Assembly: GCA_964202055.1 (NCBI GenBank)
Contig: CAXNGS010000001.1
Coordinates: 224,186-288,185, forward strand
Length of the DNA: 64,000 nucleotides
DNA from: Bdellovibrionota bacterium
GTDB lineage: Bacteria > Bdellovibrionota > UBA2428
Direction of reading: 5' to 3'
Below, piece by piece: positions 18,039 through 25,920 of the stretch (position 1 is the stretch's first letter; each line of letters opens with the position of its first letter). The notes below the pieces were generated by a model. The model saw only the letters and a program-made list of their open reading frames with translations. It searched no databases and was not told the origin of the DNA. The position numbers were made by a program, and so were the translations under genes.

Positions 18039-21000
18039 TTAACGCTCAGTTCGTTGGACGGTGATGTTTCGACCGCCAAAGTCCAAAGAGAAAGTGAAGG
18101 TGTGATCGTTGCCGTCACGACCGGTGTTCGGCCATCGATATATCAATTCACGATTCGCGTTTCCGAAAGCATCGGGAGTTCCGACCACTTGGGCGACTGG
18201 AATGATGTAGTTGGTGGCGTCGTTGATTCGGCGTTCAGCCAGTGAAGTCACACTGATTCCGCCAGTGAAAGCACTGGTGATGACGATCTTAATTTCCAAT
18301 GCGCCGCTAACTTCCGCACGAGTGTTCGTCACGGTAGTGCTGAAGTTGACGGATTTGGTACAGCTATACGGATCGGTCAAAATTGGATCTTGAGAATTAG
18401 ATCCGACAATGCGATTCATTGCGCTGACAGTGATCGTGCGGTTTTGAGTGCTCATCGGAGTGTATTTTGCGGTCCCTGGCGAAGAGGCTTTGAGAGCCAT
18501 GCTTGCGACGGCGCCGGCTCCAGTGATGGCCTGCCCATTTTCGCTGACCGTCATCACGGTCTCAACATTTTGGCCGTTCACTTGGGCGGCGAATTTATTT
18601 TGGGCATAGGCGGTTAAGTCAACCGCCACTCCAACAGTCAGGCTGTTGTTCGGGAATGCGTTGTTGCTGTCGGTGCCTTGCGGACTCAGAAGCACGTCAC
18701 AATTCCCGATCGTTTGTTGAATGTTGTCTCTAGGAGTGGGCAGGGCCGTCTCGTTGATCTCGAGAGTTTCCGACGGATTACCTGACTCGTCTTCGGCTTG
18801 AGCGACGAATTTGACGTTATCGGTTTTTAAATTTATTGGATTAAAATCTGCGGTGTTGAAATCGAAGGAACCATCGAATCGTCGCGGATTTGGGCCCATA
18901 GATCCATTGCTCATCGGCGCGCCATTGGGGTCACCGAATACATCAAGGCTCGAATTCGAAATGGTTGCTCCAAATTTTTGGACGTCTAAGTTGATTTTTT
19001 CCACTCGCGAGACGTCGTCAAAGGCATCGAAGTCGATCGAGAAACTTGCAGAGCCATTTCCGACGTTGTCGTCAATGCCGCCCATCATGGCCAAACGAGG
19101 CTTAACAGTGTCGGTTATTTCCTCGCGGAAAAGAGGCGCGTTCATATCCGTTCGCTGACCATCAATAAACCTTTTGAATTTATCGAAAAGTTGGTCCGCA
19201 ATCGGTGAGCCAGTGCTCAAGGCTTCAACATAAGGTTGCATTTCAGCCGGAACACGCTCTTGGTATCTCCAGACTCGATAAATGGCAGAGCCTTCAGATC
19301 CGCCACCAATAGCCAGGCCTCCGCCTTTAGCCACGGGCAATCGCACCGGAGGACGCATCATTCGCTCGTGAGATCGGCGAACATGGGCTTCGGGACGAGG
19401 AGTTGCTTCGTTGGGAAGTTGCACTCCTTCAAAGAGCCAATCGAAAGTTTTCACGGGGTCCAAGCGGAACTGCGCATTTTTCACGACGAATTGGGTGCGA
19501 TCGGCATCGGCCGCAAAACTCGAGTGACAGTTAATGCAATACGTAGAGATCATGGTTTTTACGGTTTCTTCATCAGTAAGGGTTGCCGGAATGTCATCAG
19601 CCCCGGCGGGATTTAGTTTGGTGTAATCCAATGTTTCAAAGGCAATCGCGATTTCATCCTTGAGCGCGCCTCCCTGTTTTTGCACAAGCATGGGCTTCAA
19701 CGAAAGCTGGCGATAAGTCACTGGGTTAGAGATTGTTTTTGGATCGGCATCATTGGCGTATTGAGTGTCGAGCGCCAATGTCGGCATGACTTTATTAACG
19801 GTCACCCAGTCCGAGTCATTGGGGTTAAAAGAACTGTTGATCATGAAGCGCACGCCGCGAACGAGCAAGTTGTTTCCACGTTCGGGGCTGTTGGGTTTTG
19901 GAACAATGGTGCCTTTTTCAACTTTGTAGCCTTCTTCGTCGAAAACCGTGATGTCGAGAACCAGATTCAAATTATCAGGAACAATGGGAGTGGATTGATT
20001 CAACGAATTGTAATCAGCAGCTGCTTTATCCAAGATCGGATCCAAGTCGAAAGTTAGTGTCACTTTTCGGCCGATCAATTCGTTAATTAAAACGCCTCCG
20101 TTGTTTGCTAAGGCATCTGAGCTCGAGCCTTTGTAAACAAAGGAATCCGGAATGAAAAGAATTTGGTCGAATTTCACGCCTTCATTGACGATGCCGACTT
20201 TGAAAGTGTTGGAGGCTCCAACACTGGTTGCAAATTGCCCAATGCGCTGCCAGTTCCAAGCTCCGTTGCCTACTATGTTAATTGCGCCGCCTAAGGCTTG
20301 CTTGTTCAATTGGACATCGAAACTACGGGTGCTGTTGATCGGCGCGGCCGCACGCATATAAATTTCGTAATTAGCTTCGGTGCTGGAGAATTGGTATTGG
20401 GCATAATTACCCATTCGGATATCCAGGGCGTCGCGTGGGCGTCCAGAGTCAGGAATGTAAAGATAAAGTCCTTTGCCGGCGACTTTATCTTCGGAAACTT
20501 TAAAGCGTTGGCCAATCGATGCCGCCTTACAAGTTCGAAGATTGTTTTGAGCGTCTCTGCAAGGAGCATCAGGCTTCAAAACGATGCTTCCCGAGTAAGC
20601 CGCTTCGGCTTCTACTAATTTAGCGCCACGGGGAAGGGGCAATTTGCTACCGGGCAAAAACGGTTGAACTGCAGTCACCACACCCATGTCCACTGAGTAA
20701 CCTTGAACGTATTCTCGCCAAGCGTAAATGGCTTCCAACATTCCTTCGCCGTTCTTTTTGCAGTTTTCATCAAGGCTGCCTTCGCCCCAACAATTGTGCT
20801 TGTCATCGACCAAGCGTTTGTAAAGCCGCGAAAGTTCCGGCCGTTGAAAGTTAACTTTACCCGAAGAAAGAAGTGCGTCGCGCGCTATTAAAGGATCTTT
20901 GTTTACGAAGAAGGGCGACTGGCCGGAAGCATGACAGCCCAAGCAAGTGCCGGTTTTAGCAAAGCGATAAACAGTTTTTTGGAATCCGACCAAGGATTGA

Positions 21001-21113
21001 TCTTCGGAATCAATGATGATTGCCGAGTTTTGAGTTTGGAGCTGAGCTTCGCCCATAATACAGCCCGACAAAATCATCGGAAGTATCAGATACACCAAGT
21101 TACGTGCTCTCAT
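18039..21113 (-). CDS. large (1024 aa) lipoprotein with two CxxCH motifs and C-terminal beta-rich repeats
   Basis: Lipobox MILSGC. TGTCLGCHASGQSPFF near the N-terminus and TYCINCHSSFAAD mid-protein. Long uninterrupted ORF. Confidence 0.75.
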   Translation of the reverse strand: MRARNLVYLILPMILSGCIMGEAQLQTQNSAIIIDSEDQSLVGFQKTVYRFAKTGTCLGCHASGQSPFFVNKDPLIARDALLSSGKVNFQRPELSRLYKRLVDDKHNCWGEGSLDENCKKNGEGMLEAIYAWREYVQGYSVDMGVVTAVQPFLPGSKLPLPRGAKLVEAEAAYSGSIVLKPDAPCRDAQNNLRTCKAASIGQRFKVSEDKVAGKGLYLYIPDSGRPRDALDIRMGNYAQYQFSSTEANYEIYMRAAAPINSTRSFDVQLNKQALGGAINIVGNGAWNWQRIGQFATSVGASNTFKVGIVNEGVKFDQILFIPDSFVYKGSSSDALANNGGVLINELIGRKVTLTFDLDPILDKAAADYNSLNQSTPIVPDNLNLVLDITVFDEEGYKVEKGTIVPKPNSPERGNNLLVRGVRFMINSSFNPNDSDWVTVNKVMPTLALDTQYANDADPKTISNPVTYRQLSLKPMLVQKQGGALKDEIAIAFETLDYTKLNPAGADDIPATLTDEETVKTMISTYCINCHSSFAADADRTQFVVKNAQFRLDPVKTFDWLFEGVQLPNEATPRPEAHVRRSHERMMRPPVRLPVAKGGGLAIGGGSEGSAIYRVWRYQERVPAEMQPYVEALSTGSPIADQLFDKFKRFIDGQRTDMNAPLFREEITDTVKPRLAMMGGIDDNVGNGSASFSIDFDAFDDVSRVEKINLDVQKFGATISNSSLDVFGDPNGAPMSNGSMGPNPRRFDGSFDFNTADFNPINLKTDNVKFVAQAEDESGNPSETLEINETALPTPRDNIQQTIGNCDVLLSPQGTDSNNAFPNNSLTVGVAVDLTAYAQNKFAAQVNGQNVETVMTVSENGQAITGAGAVASMALKASSPGTAKYTPMSTQNRTITVSAMNRIVGSNSQDPILTDPYSCTKSVNFSTTVTNTRAEVSGALEIKIVITSAFTGGISVTSLAERRINDATNYIIPVAQVVGTPDAFGNANRELIYRWPNTGRDGNDHTFTFSLDFGGRNITVQRTER

Positions 21114-21160
21114 GTTCTCTCCTATAACGGTCCAAAATTAACGGCTTCGGATAAAACTAA

Positions 21161-22804
21161 TTATCCGAAGTTTTGCATGGTCAATACATCGGACATTCCG
21201 CCACCAAAGGGGTTGTCGCCGACCACTTGAACGAGTGAGCCTTCTTTGCCGCCAATCGACAGATAGTTAGCCACAATCGCTTTGGTCAGGTTTTCGACGT
21301 TGTCGCTGATTAAAGTCGCGCCACGGTCGACGCTTGCCGATTCGTTGTACGCGCCCACTTGGTGTTTGGTTGCCATTTTCAATCCGGCGTGGCGATACCA
21401 CAGAAGTGCCGACATTGATTTGGTTCCGTTATCACCAGTGAACTGATGCTTTTGGACGTTGGCCGCGGTGAAAACACCCGGAGCGGTTTCAATTTGAATT
21501 GCGGAGGTTTGAACAGTAGCGCCCGATGACAATCCGCCATCAGTGTACAAGTAGATCACTAAGTCTTGGCCGAGCGCCGCAGCGGCGTTGATCAAAGCTC
21601 CGACCACGTGACCGGCATTGCGGTCTTGTTCGTCGGTCTCGCCTCGATCATCGTTGTGATAATCATAGCCACCAAAGGAAACGGTGCCGGCATTTGCAAA
21701 TCCACCGAGCACAAGTTTTGCGATACCAGCGGCTTGGCCCAATCGTTGAGTGGCACCTGCAGTGCGAGCTCGACCACTTCCACCCTGGGCAACTTGAGCG
21801 GTGTTGGTATTGTTAAGACCAAAGATCGGCGCAAGTTTGGGGTCTTGTGCTGCGTCGACCGCGGCACCGCCACCTAAATATTTTTTCACAGATTCTTGGC
21901 TCTTCAAATATCCACAATCAACCAGCGATCGAACTTGCGAGGGCAAATCTAGCTGGGTAAATTTATCAAGTTGCGAAGAGCTCATTCGATTCACAGTTGA
22001 CATCACGCGATCTGCGCGAGCTTTCAGTTGCGAAGTGCTGGCCATTCCGCCATCAAGCCACGAAGGTAGAAGTCCCACGTCTACTAAATTTACCGCGTCG
22101 GCCGCGCTTCGGATTTGAACGGGTCTTAGCATGGGGTCAACCGAACGAACCGGCGCCATCGCGTTACCACCAGCAATGTTTTGAGTGGAGCCAACAAGGC
22201 TTGTTAATTCGCCGCGAATGCCGGCTTGCAATTGAGCCTTAGCAACCCAGTAACTCGGATTGTGCGGATTGTTTTGAGTGTCGTCACCCGAGCGCGCGCA
22301 GAAAATCGCGCCGTCCACTTTAGTGCGCGCGACCGGATTTAATTCACGAGCCAAGCCTTCGTAGAAAGCGCTTTGCGAGTGAAACATTAAACCACCGGGG
22401 TTTAAGCTTCGAGTCAGGTTTCCTAATTTCGGATTGCTCGCAGCAGTTAATCCAATGCTGCCGTAGTCTGCTAAGTAAGCTTCTTGGCTGCCCAATCCAC
22501 CGGGGCCTTTACCGCCCACGATGAAGTTACTGGCTGCTAAGTTACCGCCACCGGCTAAGTCCACGGTGATGAAAGCGGGTAACAATCGTTTGCCGGCTCC
22601 AGCGCCACTGCCTGAACAGCCAGCGTAAGCTGCGTTGCTTAAGAGTCCCAAGATGCTTGGGCCAAAGGCCAAGCTTGCGCTAGCGCCTGCGGTTCGCGCT
22701 AGGAAATCGCGTCGAGTTAATGCCGGGCGCGAAGAGTGACATTGAGCGGTTTGAAATTCATCAGTTTGTGATCGAAATTTTTTTGTCATATATTTTGTCC
22801 TCAA
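21161..22804 (-). CDS. Tat-exported DUF1501-like (sulfatase-fold-like) protein
   Basis: Twin-arginine signal LTRRDFLARTAGASASLAF. ITVDLAGGGNLAASN and FGGYDYHNDDRG resemble the DUF1501 GG..D.H pattern. Start could instead be the Met 5 codons downstream. Confidence 0.65.
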   Translation of the reverse strand: MRTKYMTKKFRSQTDEFQTAQCHSSRPALTRRDFLARTAGASASLAFGPSILGLLSNAAYAGCSGSGAGAGKRLLPAFITVDLAGGGNLAASNFIVGGKGPGGLGSQEAYLADYGSIGLTAASNPKLGNLTRSLNPGGLMFHSQSAFYEGLARELNPVARTKVDGAIFCARSGDDTQNNPHNPSYWVAKAQLQAGIRGELTSLVGSTQNIAGGNAMAPVRSVDPMLRPVQIRSAADAVNLVDVGLLPSWLDGGMASTSQLKARADRVMSTVNRMSSSQLDKFTQLDLPSQVRSLVDCGYLKSQESVKKYLGGGAAVDAAQDPKLAPIFGLNNTNTAQVAQGGSGRARTAGATQRLGQAAGIAKLVLGGFANAGTVSFGGYDYHNDDRGETDEQDRNAGHVVGALINAAAALGQDLVIYLYTDGGLSSGATVQTSAIQIETAPGVFTAANVQKHQFTGDNGTKSMSALLWYRHAGLKMATKHQVGAYNESASVDRGATLISDNVENLTKAIVANYLSIGGKEGSLVQVVGDNPFGGGMSDVLTMQNFG

Positions 22805-22818
22805 CTCCTAGAGCCTTA

Positions 22819-23439
22819 CTAGAACATAGTGACGCAAGAGCTCGACAAGAAGACCGAGCAGGTTAGTTTTAGATATTCGTCGGCGACATCGGTCGCTTGG
22901 ACGCTTTGAAGGTCGCTGAGCAGTCTGCGGATTTCAGATTTCACACCGTCAATTTCCGGTTTGACTGCGCAAGTTCCCCAGAATTTTTCGTAGTAACCTT
23001 CGACCACGTTATCGATGCTCGCGTTTAAAGCGGCAACCGATGCCGGGCCATTGCCCAGAGCTCGCTCAGCATTGATGTGCTGATTGCAATAAATCGCTGC
23101 CATCCGAATGATCGCGCCTTGGTGAGAAGCGTTGAATTCCGCCAAGTTGTTGTTGGAGGGCAACTCTGATTTCAATCCACCGCCTTCGGGTCGAATGAAA
23201 TCGTTACCAACTGTGGTCACCATATCAACGGTGATCGATCGTGCTGGTAATTTAGAAATGTTGACGCCCGTCAGAGCTGACATGGTCTCGTTGATTTGGT
23301 CAAAACTTCGAACGCTGACGTTGGCTTTTGGTAATTCCACTTCATCACCGGCCGCCAATTGATCCACAAACTGTGGAGAGCAGCTAACGGTTGTGAACAA
23401 GAGCAAAGCGCTGATAGAACTAATTTTGTTTATTTTCAT
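22819..23439 (-). CDS. hypothetical lipoprotein
   Basis: Signal peptide plus FTTVSC lipobox-like site. Sits between the CxxCH protein and the Tat protein with 3-14 nt gaps. Confidence 0.55.
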   Translation of the reverse strand: MKINKISSISALLLFTTVSCSPQFVDQLAAGDEVELPKANVSVRSFDQINETMSALTGVNISKLPARSITVDMVTTVGNDFIRPEGGGLKSELPSNNNLAEFNASHQGAIIRMAAIYCNQHINAERALGNGPASVAALNASIDNVVEGYYEKFWGTCAVKPEIDGVKSEIRRLLSDLQSVQATDVADEYLKLTCSVFLSSSCVTMF

Positions 23440-23442
23440 AAA

Positions 23443-24849
23443 TCACTCTCCCATCTCGTTTTCGATACAGGCTACAGCTGAGTCGACAAAGAGAGCCTTT
23501 CCAGAACGGCCTTGGTTATCAAAGCTTTCTGCTAAGTTAGCGAACAACCCAATTTCTTTTTGAGAGTAGGGAGCTTTGCGATTGCAGACTGAAGAGTAAG
23601 CGCGCTGAGCCATGCAGCGTGAGAATTGAGTGGTCGCGCCGAAAACTCGACCCAAAGATTTAATGCCGTTACCCATGTTAATGTTGGGAACGTCGGAATC
23701 TGGTTCGCCAACTTGTTTGGCAGGAGTGCGAAATCCAAGGAAAGAGTTCTGACCAACAGTCCACTGGTTGACCCATCGTTCGATGTTGCCATCTTGTTGG
23801 CGGGGACGAAATCCTTCGGGGTAGTTTTGATAGTTACGTGTGACTTTGTTGGCTTGTTCAACCATCGTTTCAGCTTTGTTTTGTGGCAATCCCGGAATGT
23901 TTTGAACCTTGGCGCTATCATATTTCACCATGATTCCTAGCGGCTCTTGCATACCACCGACCACTGTGAAGGTGTCGTATAAGTTAAAGGCGTTGGCCAA
24001 GGGATCCATTCCCGCGTGGCAACCTGCGCAAGTGTTAATATAGGTACGGCTATCACCGCCGGCATTTCGTGGAACGTCTCGTCGAACCATGAAGTCCGAC
24101 AAAGTGGTGTCGTGAAGTTGTTCCATATCGACACACATGAAATCGATCAACATGAAGCGAACCATTCGGCGGTTGGTTCCCGCTTGCAAGAAGGCTTCTG
24201 CGCTGGCGTGCGAGGTCATAACGCCCATCGTTTGCTCGGGCAAAAGTGCGGCGCCTCGAGCGTCGCTTAAAGAAGATTGAAGGGCTCGTTCGAAAAGTGA
24301 AGGGTCATTTAAATCGACGCCTTTCAATTCCAATTGGCGCCAGTGATCGTTTCTGTAATAAGCCGGTTGCGGAACGCTGATCGGGTTACCGACAACGGCC
24401 AGCAAGTTTGCTCGATTTCCAACGTAAGTAACGTCGTCCCACATCATCTGATCAAGCGGAGCTTCGTCGCGTACTAATCCAACGATGGTAGCTGTGAAGT
24501 CATTGAATTCCACGCTGGCTTGAGCGCTGACGTTGCTCATCGGAGCGGCCCACGCTTTAACGGTGGTGTTGATGAAACCGCGAGTATTGGTTGCTAATTC
24601 TGCAATCCCTTTTAAATTGTTTGCCGCGGCAAGGTCTTCTATTTGCGAAAGTTCACCGCTGGTCGGCGGTACTCCTGATAACCTTTGAAACAGTCTGATT
24701 CCTGTCTCCAAAGTCGCGGCGGATGCCATAGAAGAATAACCGAGGCTGAAGAGAACCATAGAGAGTCCTAGGGCTTTAAGTCCTGAGCTCTTTTGAATTT
24801 CCGACTTCGCGTTTTTCAAGGCAATCCTCCAAAAGGAAATAGTGGTCAT
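23443..24849 (-). CDS. secreted CxxCH protein resembling the DUF1588/DUF1585 (PSCyt3/PSD2) family
   Basis: Signal-like LGLSMVLFSLGYSSMASA. GVMTSHASAEAFLQAGTNRRMVRFMLIDFMC followed by INTCAGCHAGMDPLANAFNLYD. Confidence 0.65.
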   Translation of the reverse strand: MTTISFWRIALKNAKSEIQKSSGLKALGLSMVLFSLGYSSMASAATLETGIRLFQRLSGVPPTSGELSQIEDLAAANNLKGIAELATNTRGFINTTVKAWAAPMSNVSAQASVEFNDFTATIVGLVRDEAPLDQMMWDDVTYVGNRANLLAVVGNPISVPQPAYYRNDHWRQLELKGVDLNDPSLFERALQSSLSDARGAALLPEQTMGVMTSHASAEAFLQAGTNRRMVRFMLIDFMCVDMEQLHDTTLSDFMVRRDVPRNAGGDSRTYINTCAGCHAGMDPLANAFNLYDTFTVVGGMQEPLGIMVKYDSAKVQNIPGLPQNKAETMVEQANKVTRNYQNYPEGFRPRQQDGNIERWVNQWTVGQNSFLGFRTPAKQVGEPDSDVPNINMGNGIKSLGRVFGATTQFSRCMAQRAYSSVCNRKAPYSQKEIGLFANLAESFDNQGRSGKALFVDSAVACIENEMGE

Positions 24850-25131
24850 ACCTATTGTCTGTTCCAGTAACGTACATACAGAACGCCTTCAGTTTATCGG
24901 TCGACCCCAGCAAATCATAATTAAGATTGGGTTATCATTTTGGAATTGTTGTTAAATAATCGCCAAGATTCTTTATCCGTTGGAATTTCAACCGCTAAAT
25001 ACCCTATGAACTTTGGCTTTTGATAGGCCTTCACCCAAACTTAACAATTGATTCACACAATCATAACAAAACAGAATTTATTTAATTCTAACTTCATGAG
25101 ATTGGCCGGACTTTTCCTCATAAAATAAGGC

Positions 25132-25881
25132 ATGGGAAAGAATTGGGTCTTCTTGTTGGTTGCAGCCTGCCTTTACTTTCAAACAGTAGGTGCCCAGAGT
25201 TCCAGTTTGCTCTCTAATGTAGAGCTCCCCGGCATCGTCTTTAAAAATCCCCCTGAATGGTTAAAAAAATCCGATCTCATTAGTATCATCGACGGAATAA
25301 AAACCCGCACTGGATGGAACCCAGAGAATGTGGTGGTGCAATTTTATAATGATCCCGGTTTGTATGGCTTAGCCTTACAAGATGCCCGATTAGGCGGAAC
25401 TCCTGCCTGGGGTTTTGCCGATTCCTCGAAAAACATGATTCATATTGGCCCGCAAACTAGGGCTCGCGATTTTAAGCTACTTTTTTCCCACGAGTTAGGA
25501 CATTTAATCAGCTGGAGTTTGTTTCATGGCAGCATGGCAGATTATTTGGAAGAAGGTTTTGCAGAATGGGTGGCCCAGAACCCAAATTTAAGTTTCTCGT
25601 GGATCAATCAACAAAATAAAACGATTGATCCAAGACTGATCATGGATGCCATGAGACAGGGGGGGGCTAGTTTTGACATTCAATATCGCTATGGATTGTC
25701 CTACGCCACCGTTTTATTTCTCGCTAATAAATGTCCGGATTTGATCGGAGTGTTGCGCGATAGTGGAGGCCAAAATCTTGATAAATTGCTGGCCGATCGC
25801 TGTCAGACCCCGTTTTTTTTAAATTCTTTTCAGCTATGGCTCAATGAAATGGCTTTTGGCAGCGGCCGGCCTCGATATTAA
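25132..25881 (+). CDS. secreted zinc metallopeptidase-like protein (gluzincin, Peptidase_MA-like)
   Basis: Signal peptide WVFLLVAACLYFQTVGA. HExxH in FSHELGHLISW. Downstream EEGFAEWV supplies the third ligand pattern. Confidence 0.6.
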   Translation: MGKNWVFLLVAACLYFQTVGAQSSSLLSNVELPGIVFKNPPEWLKKSDLISIIDGIKTRTGWNPENVVVQFYNDPGLYGLALQDARLGGTPAWGFADSSKNMIHIGPQTRARDFKLLFSHELGHLISWSLFHGSMADYLEEGFAEWVAQNPNLSFSWINQQNKTIDPRLIMDAMRQGGASFDIQYRYGLSYATVLFLANKCPDLIGVLRDSGGQNLDKLLADRCQTPFFLNSFQLWLNEMAFGSGRPRY

Positions 25882-25920
25882 TCGGTGACTTAGCGATTGG
25901 GGTTTGCTTAAACCAGCCCG

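Noticed and set aside
21751-21766. TGGCAC-CTGCA-GTGC with correct -24/-12 spacing on the plus strand.
   Set aside because: It lies inside the minus-strand Tat-protein gene with no plus-strand gene downstream, so it is most likely a chance match.
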